A program made the translations under genes and the position numbers. From the IMG/VR virus record IMGVR_UViG_3300044846_002156, positions 1-61,393 of that record: a stretch of 61,393 bases of DNA; one strand, given 5' to 3'. Below, piece by piece: positions 48,323 to 58,188 of the stretch (its first letter is position 1; each line of letters begins with the position of its first letter). Source of the DNA: a virus. Lineage: Duplodnaviria > Caudoviricetes. The notes beneath the pieces were generated by a model. It was not told the origin of the DNA and did no database searches. It saw only the letters and a list, made by a program, of their open reading frames with translations.

Positions 48323-48886
48323 ATGGCTGACAGTTTTGTAGATAAACTTGGTGGCGTTGGCTCTGTAATAGGAATTGGCGCAGGAATACTAAAAGGTATT
48401 GGTGGATTAATTCAACAAGGTAAAGCAAATAGAATGCTTAAAAAGTTGAAAGACCCAGGTTATGAAATACCAGATGAGTATAAGCAAAACTTAGGTATTG
48501 CTGAAAATATGGCTCGTACAGGTTTGCCATCAGAGCAATATAATCAAGCCTCAACAAACATACAAAGAGGAACACAAGCAGGGCTAAGACAGCTTGGTAG
48601 AATGAGTAACCCATTTGCAGCTATACAAGGGTTGTCTAGAGGACAGTCAGATGCTTTTGCTGGCTTAGACGCAAACAATGCAGCAACACGCAGACAGAAC
48701 ATATTACAAGCTATGGGCGCAAGGAGAGAGCTTGCAGGACAAAGACTTGCTCAACAACAATACGCACAGCAAAGATATATGGATAAAGTAAATGAAGCTA
48801 ACGCATTAAAGGGAGCAGGTTTACAGAATATGGGCGGTGGATTAAGTGATATTGGTAGGGTTGCTATGAGTAGTAGTAAAAAATAA
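48323..48886 (+). CDS. Small ejection (internal virion) protein
   Basis: Gly/Ala/Gln-rich with N-terminal amphipathic helix; follows nozzle. Confidence 0.6.
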   Translation: MADSFVDKLGGVGSVIGIGAGILKGIGGLIQQGKANRMLKKLKDPGYEIPDEYKQNLGIAENMARTGLPSEQYNQASTNIQRGTQAGLRQLGRMSNPFAAIQGLSRGQSDAFAGLDANNAATRRQNILQAMGARRELAGQRLAQQQYAQQRYMDKVNEANALKGAGLQNMGGGLSDIGRVAMSSSKK

Positions 48887-48932
48887 AACAGTTTAATTTG
48901 GTTATTAAAAATAAAATAGTTACATTTGAATA

Positions 48933-50201
48933 ATGGCAATTAAAACAGGAATAGGGGTAGGCGGTGCGCAGATATTTGATACTTCTGGTATTATGAATGC
49001 TTATAATAACCAAGTTGCTCAAAGACAAAAAGCACAAGCGTTACAAGCTGAAAAGGAAGCTAAGGCATCTCAAAAGTTTGATGAGGATTTAGCTACATCT
49101 ATGGCTGGCATTAAAACAAATGGAGTTGACCCAAAAACAGCCGAATACATACAGAATGAATATCTTAAAGTAAAAGGATTAAGGTCGGAAGCTGAAAAAC
49201 TAAACCCATCACAAAGACCATTGTTCTTACAGGGAATAAAAGATAAGATGGATGGGTTAAGAGATTTTGCTTTAAATGCAAAAGACCACGGTAGTAAATT
49301 GTTTACTTTAGGCAGTAAGCTTAACCCTTATGATTATGATGAATCGACATTGGGTAGATATAAAAAACTTTCAGAAACTCCGTATTATCAGCTAACTCCA
49401 GAAGAAAAATCTTTGAACCCTACAATGTTTCCTAAGAGAGCTAAGTTTGAGTTAATAGACGATATAATAAACGATACATATAAGTTAGCAGAAGAAAAGG
49501 CAGAATTTAAGGGTGAGATAAAAAAAGGTGGTAAAAGAGCTAATTACAAACAAGTAAGTCCTGAAATTGTAAATCAAATATTAGACCAAAAGTTTAGTTA
49601 CCAACCAGAGGCGCAAGCCGCTCTCCAACAACTTTATATTAATACAACAGGAGATAAACAGCCTACACCAGAAAAAGTTTCTAAATTTAGAAACGATGTG
49701 TATTTAAAACAACATGGACTTGAATATACTGGAGAGTATAGAGATTTAAAAGAAAAGAAAAGTGGTGGTAGCGGTAGTAATCAAGAAGATAAATTTAGTT
49801 ACAGACAGCAAATTATTGGAGGTGCTTTACAAAAAGACCCTAAATCCATAGAAAAAATAAGGGCGCAATTACCTTCTGGAACTACAATAACTCCTATGAC
49901 TAGTAAAGCTATATCTGGAAAATCAACAGGGGGCTATCCAATGTTAAAAATTAAAATACCTTCAACAGATAAACTAGATGGTGTTACTGAAACTATTGAC
50001 TTATCTACTGGAGAGCCAGGAATTAGATTAAACCAATTATTAAATCAATATTCTGGTGAAAATGTACAGTATAGTAAATTTGGTATAGAGGGGGCTAAAG
50101 CTCGTGGAAAACAATTTGAACCCAAAAAACCAAATGTTAAACCAGCTACACAAAGTAGTAATAAAAAAGTTGTAAAAGGTGTAAAGGATAATAAACTATA
50201 A
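48933..50201 (+). CDS. Ejection (internal virion) protein
   Basis: Helical; position. Confidence 0.55.
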   Translation: MAIKTGIGVGGAQIFDTSGIMNAYNNQVAQRQKAQALQAEKEAKASQKFDEDLATSMAGIKTNGVDPKTAEYIQNEYLKVKGLRSEAEKLNPSQRPLFLQGIKDKMDGLRDFALNAKDHGSKLFTLGSKLNPYDYDESTLGRYKKLSETPYYQLTPEEKSLNPTMFPKRAKFELIDDIINDTYKLAEEKAEFKGEIKKGGKRANYKQVSPEIVNQILDQKFSYQPEAQAALQQLYINTTGDKQPTPEKVSKFRNDVYLKQHGLEYTGEYRDLKEKKSGGSGSNQEDKFSYRQQIIGGALQKDPKSIEKIRAQLPSGTTITPMTSKAISGKSTGGYPMLKIKIPSTDKLDGVTETIDLSTGEPGIRLNQLLNQYSGENVQYSKFGIEGAKARGKQFEPKKPNVKPATQSSNKKVVKGVKDNKL

Positions 50202-50204
50202 GAT

Positions 50205-53200
50205 ATGCCAGATTTTAACGAATTAGTAAAAAATTTATATACTTCTAAAAACAGAGAATTAACTCCAGAAAAACTAGATTACATAACTAAAAATTATAGT
50301 GGAAAGGAAGAGGAATTTGTTAAGAATTTTTATACTACTATTAATGAATCATTAACGGAAGATAAATTAAGTTATATAAAAGATACTTATTTAAAAAAAA
50401 AAGAACCTACTACAAAAGATTTGCAGAGTGGCTCTCCAATATCTACAAAGCCATTCGATGTTTTCCAGACTGAAAGCAATAAGAAAAACACTTTCAATGT
50501 AACTACTGGTGAGGTTAAGCCTTATGTTGAACCTAAAGAGGAAAAACCTAAATTTGATTTTAATAAAATTGAAAAAATAGGTGATTACGAATTAAGGAAA
50601 AAATTATTAAAAGAAAAAGTAAATAAAGTAGAAAGCAAAGGAACTGACGTTGCTAATACTTTAGGTGTTAGTTTAAATGATTTATATTCTGGTATTGCAA
50701 AAACACCAAGGTATGTATATGAATTATTTTCTGTTCCTCAAAATTTAATTTCAGATATTACTAATTCTCCAAAAGTAAAAGCTGATTATGATGATTTTTT
50801 AAGATTATCAGATTTAGGTACTGTTACATCTCCATTTTCTCCATTAACATTATTAGATAGATTAGGAGATTATTATAACGGTGAGGCTAACAAGTTTAAA
50901 GAAAAACAAATTAAATATGATAATGATGTTTTTAATAGCTTAAAGAATGGGGATATAGATAATGCGGCAAGTCAAATTGTAAACAACATTGTTGGTTCAG
51001 CACCATCAATAGCCTTAATGGTTGGCACTAGTGGGGTTGGAAACGCAGCTAAATTAGGGGCTGTTTCAAAAACTATGTTAACAGCACTCCCATTTGCTTC
51101 ATCAAACGCTAATGAAATAAGAGATAACAAAGATATTAAAGATTGGGCTAAACCATTAGCGTCTGGTTTAAATGGTCTTTCAGAAGTTGTATTAGACCAA
51201 AGCTTTGGTGCTTCCGCTGCTGTTAATACAATAATAAATAAATTTAAAAATGCAGGAGTTAAAGAGGCTGAAATTTTAGCTAAAGATTTAGCTCAAGGTT
51301 ATTTAAAGTCTGCTCTAAGTAAAACAAAAACTGTTTTAACTCCAATAGCTAAAGGTGCTTTAGAAGAAGGTTCAACTAGATGGTCACAAAATCTTATTAA
51401 AAAAATAAGTGGAGAAAATCCAAATCAAGATTTAATGGAAGGAGTTCCAGATGCAATGATTATTGGTGGTGTGACTACTGGTTCTATTGAAAATATAGGC
51501 GCAATAACAAATCCATCGGTTAAAAGTTCTGTTGAAAGTAAAGTAAAAGATATAGAGAATTTATCTAATGATTTAGATAATAAAAATATACCCAAAAATA
51601 CTAAACAAGCAATAGAAAATAAAATAAATGATTTAAAAGAACAAGCACAAAAAGAAATTGAATTAAATCAAATTGAGTTTGAAAAACTACCAGAGAACAA
51701 ACAGGAAAAGGCGATAGAGCTTTCCTCTAATTTAGATGCAATAGAAAAGTCATTACAACAAACAGACCTATCAGATGTAACTAAAAATGAATTAGAGCAA
51801 CAGAAAATAAAAATAAACGAGGAGCTACAAACAACATTAAAACCAGAAGAAAATGCCATACAAAAGCCAAGCACAAGCAGCCAAGTTTCACCTACTGGAG
51901 AAACAGGGCAAGTTATCACCGAAAGTGGTGAAGGAGTACGACCAAGCGAGCAAGGGAAAGAAACTACCCAAAAAGTTAGTAAAGAAGAAGATTTAAAAGA
52001 TGTAGAGAGTACAGCTAAGGCTTTGGATGGCAAACTTGAAAATATACCTTTATCATTTGATTATAATGCTAAAAGTGCTCAATCAGTATCAGAAGCCTAC
52101 CACAAAGCTAAATTAGAAAACAATAATCCTAAATTAGTAGAAGCAGTAGAGAATTTATTAGGTAAAGAAAAAACCCCTACACAACAAGTAGAGCAACTAA
52201 GAGCAGACGAACAAGCCGAACTTAATAACGCAATACCTAATGTAGAACAATACAAAACAGATGGTAAGGTAGATAGGGCAAAAATTACTGACCCTAATGA
52301 TTTAAAAGCATTTGATGAAATATATGATAAGTATGATAAACTTATTACTCCTTTGTTAGAGCAGGGTAAAACAAAAGCATTAAAAAGTAAAAAAGATGTA
52401 GTTATTACACCAGATACATCATCTAACTATGCCAACATGACCGAGGATAATAAAGGTAACTTTGTTTTCTTTCATGTAGGTAATAAAGGTTATGATAAAA
52501 TTAAAACAGGAATTGGAGGGTCTACTGTAACCTCAAGAGAAGAAGCGTCAGCATTATCTAAGGTTGGTGGTCTTGGAATGTATTATACAGACTTAAACCA
52601 ATCCGAAAGACAAAGTGCATCTGGGGCTAAGTACGCTGTTAAGATTCCTAAAGAAAAAGTTTATGATTTCAATACAGATAAATTAAATTTTATTGAAGAA
52701 GCTAAATCTAGGCATGAAGCCGAGAATCCTGGTAAATCATTTGATACTAATTCTCAACTTGCATATGTAACTAAAATAGCTGGAGAGAATGGTTTTGATA
52801 TGGTTGTTGCTCAATGGAATGGCATGACAAGAGCGCAAACAACAAAAGAGTTGATACCAACAGACATACAAGAATCAGATGGAGATGTTATAAAGAAGGA
52901 TTTTAACGAAAAATACGAATCTAATAAACAAAAAGGATTTAAACCATTAATACCAGTTTCAAAATCTGAAAAGTTAGCTAATGTCTATAAAAAGATTAAT
53001 GAGATAAGAAATAAAGAAAATAATTACGACAAACTTTATCACTTATACGAAGATAGTAATAAACTAGACCAAAATAGTATTACTAAAATAATAAACGAAT
53101 CAAATCTTCCACAAGATATAAAAGATGAATATAAAAAAATACTTGATTCTAATGAGGATTATAGAAGGTCAGTTAAAATAGCAGGTAAAAAAGTATCTTT

Positions 53201-53828
53201 TAAAAACGCACCTAAAGGCAATCATTTGAATATAGGGCTAATTGAAGGTAGAACAGGTAAAGAAATGTCATCCGATGATATTTTATCTAAATTACCAAAA
53301 GACGTACAAGTTGTTAATTTCGTAAAAGTTAAAGGAAAAATAGAAGAAACTCTTGTTATAGAAACAGATAGACCGCTTACAGATTCAGAGATGATTAAGT
53401 TACTGGGCGACACTAAGCAACAAGCTATACCTCAACTATCTAGCGGTGATGGTATTTTATATGACACAGAAAGAGGTACTAATGAAGCTTGGGGTGAATT
53501 TGACCCAGAGCAATTTATTTTACAAGATGGTACAGTTTTAAGTGAATATTTAATAAAAAATAAAACAGAAGTAAAGTCTGTTGAAAACTTAAACGAAGAT
53601 AATTTAGAAACTTCAATAGAGCTATTAGACGATATAGAAGCTAATAAGAAAAAAGCATCAAGAGCTAGTAAGCAAAAGAAAGCTGAATTAGAAGAAAAGA
53701 TAGCCAAAGACGAAGCTGAATTAGCTAATATTTCAAATGAAGCTAACGTTGTTAAAGCTATAAACGATAATTTTGATGAAATTAAAAAAGATTTAAAAGA
53801 TAAAGGATTACTTAAAATAAACTGTTAA
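50205..53828 (+). CDS. Large polyvalent ejection protein with ART-like and SAM-lyase-like domains
   Basis: Membrane-type Gly/Ala helices, coiled coil, low-complexity linker, then FFH.G..GMYYT..YAV.I..VYD..GFD and LNIGL..EETLV..Q.AI..WGEF.P. Confidence 0.6.
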   Translation: MPDFNELVKNLYTSKNRELTPEKLDYITKNYSGKEEEFVKNFYTTINESLTEDKLSYIKDTYLKKKEPTTKDLQSGSPISTKPFDVFQTESNKKNTFNVTTGEVKPYVEPKEEKPKFDFNKIEKIGDYELRKKLLKEKVNKVESKGTDVANTLGVSLNDLYSGIAKTPRYVYELFSVPQNLISDITNSPKVKADYDDFLRLSDLGTVTSPFSPLTLLDRLGDYYNGEANKFKEKQIKYDNDVFNSLKNGDIDNAASQIVNNIVGSAPSIALMVGTSGVGNAAKLGAVSKTMLTALPFASSNANEIRDNKDIKDWAKPLASGLNGLSEVVLDQSFGASAAVNTIINKFKNAGVKEAEILAKDLAQGYLKSALSKTKTVLTPIAKGALEEGSTRWSQNLIKKISGENPNQDLMEGVPDAMIIGGVTTGSIENIGAITNPSVKSSVESKVKDIENLSNDLDNKNIPKNTKQAIENKINDLKEQAQKEIELNQIEFEKLPENKQEKAIELSSNLDAIEKSLQQTDLSDVTKNELEQQKIKINEELQTTLKPEENAIQKPSTSSQVSPTGETGQVITESGEGVRPSEQGKETTQKVSKEEDLKDVESTAKALDGKLENIPLSFDYNAKSAQSVSEAYHKAKLENNNPKLVEAVENLLGKEKTPTQQVEQLRADEQAELNNAIPNVEQYKTDGKVDRAKITDPNDLKAFDEIYDKYDKLITPLLEQGKTKALKSKKDVVITPDTSSNYANMTEDNKGNFVFFHVGNKGYDKIKTGIGGSTVTSREEASALSKVGGLGMYYTDLNQSERQSASGAKYAVKIPKEKVYDFNTDKLNFIEEAKSRHEAENPGKSFDTNSQLAYVTKIAGENGFDMVVAQWNGMTRAQTTKELIPTDIQESDGDVIKKDFNEKYESNKQKGFKPLIPVSKSEKLANVYKKINEIRNKENNYDKLYHLYEDSNKLDQNSITKIINESNLPQDIKDEYKKILDSNEDYRRSVKIAGKKVSFKNAPKGNHLNIGLIEGRTGKEMSSDDILSKLPKDVQVVNFVKVKGKIEETLVIETDRPLTDSEMIKLLGDTKQQAIPQLSSGDGILYDTERGTNEAWGEFDPEQFILQDGTVLSEYLIKNKTEVKSVENLNEDNLETSIELLDDIEANKKKASRASKQKKAELEEKIAKDEAELANISNEANVVKAINDNFDEIKKDLKDKGLLKINC

Positions 53829-53832
53829 AATT

Positions 53833-54327
53833 ATGAAACAAAAAATATTATCTACTCAAATAGAAGAAAAGCTAAACGGTCTAATAGGGCAAGAACTGTA
53901 CGCTATGTACGCATACAAAGCTATGGCTAACTGGTGTCAAAACGCTGGATTTTTAGATGCTTATAAATTCTTTTTAGAAGAAAGCTCTGACGAAAAATCA
54001 CACGCAGAAATATTAGAGCAATATATACTTGATATGGGTTGTGTTCCAAAACTAGAAAAGATAGACAAGCCAGATAGCTCATTTAAAACTCTATATGACG
54101 TTATCTATGAAGCTTATGATATGGAAGTAGCGTTAGGAGAAAAGTACTCCGATATGGCTTTGAATTGCGTTAAGGAAGACGCTATAACATTAACTAAAAT
54201 ACAAGAATTTATTAAGATACAAACTAAATCTATCGGATTTTTTGGCGATATTTGTGGTGTAGCAAAAGGATTGTCAGACAATAAGTTTGAGCAATTAATG
54301 TTAGAGAAGATTTTAGTTAAAGGATAA
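53833..54327 (+). CDS. ftn: Ferritin (FtnA-like)
   Basis: Aligns by eye with E. coli FtnA; ferroxidase residues E17, Y24, E50, H53, E94, Q127 conserved. Confidence 0.88.
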   Translation: MKQKILSTQIEEKLNGLIGQELYAMYAYKAMANWCQNAGFLDAYKFFLEESSDEKSHAEILEQYILDMGCVPKLEKIDKPDSSFKTLYDVIYEAYDMEVALGEKYSDMALNCVKEDAITLTKIQEFIKIQTKSIGFFGDICGVAKGLSDNKFEQLMLEKILVKG

Positions 54328-54337
54328 TAAATAATTT

Positions 54338-57300
54338 ATGGGTAATTGCAGGTTTACATTAACCAATAATAAAGGTAATATTATATTAGACGGTATTTCT
54401 GAACAAGAGTTTAAGAAGTATATTGCTATGAACCCTACTAACAGTAGTGTGTTGATGGAATCTCTTAATATACCTGCTCCAGTACCTAGTGCTACAACTG
54501 CTAGCGCAACAGCTCAACCAACAACATCAACGCCATCGTCTGTTCCTAATAAAACAGTAGAGGATATGTTTAGAGAAACAGCACAAGCACCATTCAGAAA
54601 CGCAAACAAGATACAGGCAACAACTAAGAGCTGGGTATCTAGATTTATGACTGCTTTATTTGAATCTCAAAGAGATGTTATAAAGAAGATGTTAAAAGAC
54701 CTAAAATACCCTGGACAAGTTGCTGTTGCTGCTTTACAAAATAGAAAAGGTTATACTGGAGTATCTTCTTTATTTATAAGGAGTTTTAACAAAGAAATAT
54801 TTGATGATTTAAAAATAACCCCAAATATTGATATAGCTGGAATGAAGCATTCTGAAAGAACTTTGTTTGATATGTTTTTAGATTTAAGTCGTGTAATAAA
54901 TATTGACGAAAGAATAGGTGTTAAGTTTTATAATTTTACTCAATTAAGAGAGAAGCTAAAGAATGACACTTCATTAACATTAGAGCAGAAAAAACAAATA
55001 AGAAATGAGAAAAATAACCTTTTAGATTATTTAAAAGATAGAAATGCTATTGATATAGTTGATGGTAAATATGTTCAAAAACAATACGTACACTCTAGAA
55101 AATTAACTGCCGAAACAGCACAAGAGCAATTAGATTTAATTAAAAAAACACACCCAGAAGTATTTAAAAAATTAGAAGATAAAGCCAATAAATATTATAA
55201 TACATATAAAACACTTTTAACAGAGCAGTTTAATAATGGTATGTTAAGTAAGGAGGTTTATGATGAATTGCTCTCCTATAACTACATACCAAGTAAGTTT
55301 ATTCATTACATAGTAGAAGCTGAATTAGCGGAGTCTGCATCCCCAAACGGTTCTAAATTAAAAAACACAATAAGAACATTAACTGGCGGTAGCGACCAAG
55401 ATGTACTAACTAATTTCCAACAGATACTAGAACTAGCAGCTAATAGCACATACAGACAAATATTTGAAAACACATCAGCTAATTCATTAGCAAGAGCTGT
55501 TGAGGCTAATGCAAAATCATTACAATCACAAGGTGGTGTTTCACCAGAGTTTGATATGTATGTAGATAAGCCAATAGGAGTTGATGGTAACGGACAACCT
55601 AAATACAATCCAATACCAGCAGGTAAAGATGTAATATATTTTTATAGAGATAATGGAGTAAGAGAAAGAATAGTAGCTCCAAAAGACTTTGTAGATGTTT
55701 ATTATGAAAGAAATAAATTGTTAAACCAAAAAGGAGAAGATATACTAAGTAAATTATCTACTCTTACATTTGTGAATATTTTTAAGTCTTTAATTACAAA
55801 GAACAACCCTGCGTTTGGTATTTATCAGCTAACAATGGATGCTCCACAAGCTATTATAGCCACTAGGGCTTATCCCGATTTCTTTTTAGGTAGCTTTTTA
55901 TTAGCTAAAGATTATGCCTCTGTAACAAAAGATATTAAGAACTTTATATTAAAAGACAAACTTAGTCCTTTATTTAAAGAAGCTATATCTGCTGGTATAT
56001 TTTCAGACTTCTTATCTACTGAAACAGATGTAAATAAACTTACCCCTATAACAAATATACAAGGAGAAGCTGGAATAAAAGCAGCTGCTAAACTATTAAA
56101 GTATAAAGCAGGTAAATCTGCAAGTGCGGTACTTGATGGTATAGCAAAAATGAATGAGGGTATTGAATATGCTACAAGACTTGCTGTATTTAAAAGAATG
56201 AAAGATAAACTTACAGCAGAATACACAAAAAATAATAAGGGAGCTAAATTAACTCCAGACCAAGAGTTTGAGGTTTTACAACTAGCAGCATTAGAGGCAA
56301 GAAAGGTGGTTGATTTTTCACGTTCAGGTACATTGGTTAAGCCTTTAAACAAAGTATTAGCTTATCTAAACGCTGGTATGAGAGGTTTCTATTCATCTGC
56401 TCAATCATTAAAAAATAACCCTACAAAAGCAGCTATGCTGTTTGGGGAAATAGGAACAGCAGCTACAATGCTATTTGCTTATTCAATAGGCGATTTTGGT
56501 GGAGATGAAGAAGAAAAGAAAAAACGACTAAACAAATATATGTCCTTACCAGAATACCAAAGAACCAACTACTTTAATATATATAATCCATTTAGTAAAG
56601 AGGGTTCTGATTATGAATGGATAAGACTATATAAACCACAGACATTTAGAGGGTATATAAACTTTTTAGAGCAAGGTTATTTAAAAGTTGTTAAAGGTCA
56701 AGATATAAATGAAGGGGAAATTTATGAGGCGTTTAAGGCTGATTTACCAGTAGACCCTACTTCGTTTGCTATATTTACAAGAAACCCATTGTTTAATGGA
56801 ATAGTTAAGTATAGCTTAAATAAAGATGCTTACAAAAAAAGTGAGATAGTTAGAAATGAAGAAAGAATTGAGGACTGGGCTGAATATGATAAGAAAACAC
56901 CAAAGATATATAAAAAAATAGGTGAATACTCAAGGGATTTAACAGGAACAGAGGGTGTATCACCTAAAAGAGCAGAAGCATTAATTGCATCATTAATAGG
57001 CGACCCAAGTAAAAACACAACAACAGCTCTCCTTGATAAATCTGGAAGGGTTATGTACTACGGAGCTATGGGTGATAAGGAGGGATTGAAAAGTGAATTA
57101 CCAACACCAGGAGAAGAAGCAGATTGGCTGTTTAAATTATCTGGATTAAAAGGCAGAATTTTCACTAAAACCCCAGATATTGACTTTGAGGCGATGAAAG
57201 AATATAAAGACGCTGAAAAGAAAGAGTACACTAAGAACCAAATTATCAAAACAGAAGTTGATGAGATATATGAAAACGAACCCAATAAAAAGGAAGCTGA

Positions 57301-57601
57301 AAAATTGGTTGTAGAATTGTTAAATGATAATGTTAATAATGGAATAATAGATAGAGATGATAAAAAGCGTATTCTTAATGTGCAAAATAAAAGAGAGTTT
57401 ATAAAGGATAAACCTAGATATTATGGTACTCTACTTTATATGAAAAGCAATGATATTAAGGCATCGGTACTTTACGACCAAACACAAAAGTTAGATGATG
57501 ATAAATACAAAGAAGTGGCTAGAGAATTATATAAAAACAAAATAATTAGCGAAGAAGTACTAAATATAGTTAGAAGAAAAAGAAATGCAACAAAAAAGTA
57601 A
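54338..57601 (+). CDS. Large polyvalent ejection protein with LPD38-like domain
   Basis: E...RLA.F, AR...DFSRSG, YLNA..G, LP.Y.R..YF, IRL.KP, SP...E.L. Confidence 0.7.
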   Translation: MGNCRFTLTNNKGNIILDGISEQEFKKYIAMNPTNSSVLMESLNIPAPVPSATTASATAQPTTSTPSSVPNKTVEDMFRETAQAPFRNANKIQATTKSWVSRFMTALFESQRDVIKKMLKDLKYPGQVAVAALQNRKGYTGVSSLFIRSFNKEIFDDLKITPNIDIAGMKHSERTLFDMFLDLSRVINIDERIGVKFYNFTQLREKLKNDTSLTLEQKKQIRNEKNNLLDYLKDRNAIDIVDGKYVQKQYVHSRKLTAETAQEQLDLIKKTHPEVFKKLEDKANKYYNTYKTLLTEQFNNGMLSKEVYDELLSYNYIPSKFIHYIVEAELAESASPNGSKLKNTIRTLTGGSDQDVLTNFQQILELAANSTYRQIFENTSANSLARAVEANAKSLQSQGGVSPEFDMYVDKPIGVDGNGQPKYNPIPAGKDVIYFYRDNGVRERIVAPKDFVDVYYERNKLLNQKGEDILSKLSTLTFVNIFKSLITKNNPAFGIYQLTMDAPQAIIATRAYPDFFLGSFLLAKDYASVTKDIKNFILKDKLSPLFKEAISAGIFSDFLSTETDVNKLTPITNIQGEAGIKAAAKLLKYKAGKSASAVLDGIAKMNEGIEYATRLAVFKRMKDKLTAEYTKNNKGAKLTPDQEFEVLQLAALEARKVVDFSRSGTLVKPLNKVLAYLNAGMRGFYSSAQSLKNNPTKAAMLFGEIGTAATMLFAYSIGDFGGDEEEKKKRLNKYMSLPEYQRTNYFNIYNPFSKEGSDYEWIRLYKPQTFRGYINFLEQGYLKVVKGQDINEGEIYEAFKADLPVDPTSFAIFTRNPLFNGIVKYSLNKDAYKKSEIVRNEERIEDWAEYDKKTPKIYKKIGEYSRDLTGTEGVSPKRAEALIASLIGDPSKNTTTALLDKSGRVMYYGAMGDKEGLKSELPTPGEEADWLFKLSGLKGRIFTKTPDIDFEAMKEYKDAEKKEYTKNQIIKTEVDEIYENEPNKKEAEKLVVELLNDNVNNGIIDRDDKKRILNVQNKREFIKDKPRYYGTLLYMKSNDIKASVLYDQTQKLDDDKYKEVARELYKNKIISEEVLNIVRRKRNATKK

Positions 57602-57872
57602 ACGCAACAGCCTAGCTGGCAAGCACCCTTCTTATGATAGTTTGAATATGTCAGAGGAGCGCAGAAAGAAAAAGATAGCTTACGACAAAGCATATCACGC
57701 TACAACAGAACGCAAGAAGTATAGAGCTGAATTAAACAAGGCTAATAAAACCAAAGGTGCTAAAGGAGATGGTAAAGATATGTCGCACACTAAAAGCGGC
57801 AAGCTAGTGTTGGAAAGTGCAAAAACCAATAGAGCTAGAAATAAAGCTAATGGTAAAAGCACATTAAAATAA
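57585..57872 (+). CDS. Small basic HNH-like protein
   Basis: RAELN...GDGKDMSH.K.G......NRARN. Confidence 0.55.
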   Translation: MQQKSKRNSLAGKHPSYDSLNMSEERRKKKIAYDKAYHATTERKKYRAELNKANKTKGAKGDGKDMSHTKSGKLVLESAKTNRARNKANGKSTLK

Positions 57873-57881
57873 ATATTAACT

Positions 57882-58079
57882 TTGTATATTATGGATAAAG
57901 ACTTAAAAGAATTAATAAGCAACATTAAACAGACAAGTTGGAAAACTAGCTTGTTAGGATTTCTATTGTTTATAGCTGCTACTGCTTCTGTTTTAACAGG
58001 GAAAGCAACATGGTCAGACGCTATGATTGCGCTTACAGCAGGAGTTGCCTTTATCTATTCTAAAGACGCAGATAAATAA
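57882..58079 (+). CDS. Putative holin (start probably ATG 57891)
   Basis: SWKTSLLG, two TM segments, .KD end; terminator 58101..58132. Confidence 0.6.
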   Translation: MYIMDKDLKELISNIKQTSWKTSLLGFLLFIAATASVLTGKATWSDAMIALTAGVAFIYSKDADK

Positions 58080-58140
58080 TTAACATTTAGATACTGTATT
58101 AGCCCTATTGTTTAATTACGATAGGGTTTTTTATTGTGTA

Positions 58141-58170
58141 AAAATCGCCTTTATATATTGGCTATCTTTG
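58141..58170 (+). promoter_or_regulatory. Late-type promoter AAAATCG-N15-TATCTTTG
   Basis: Same as 42835..42864. Confidence 0.65.
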
Positions 58171-58188
58171 TTAAAAATATAATTCATT

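Noticed and set aside
53810-54350. Split intein suggested by INC and MGNC termini
   Set aside because: No Hint-domain blocks or penultimate His visible
50205-57601. crAss-like virion RNA polymerase
   Set aside because: No DxDxD catalytic motif seen, proteins are much smaller, and motifs fit polyvalent/LPD38 proteins
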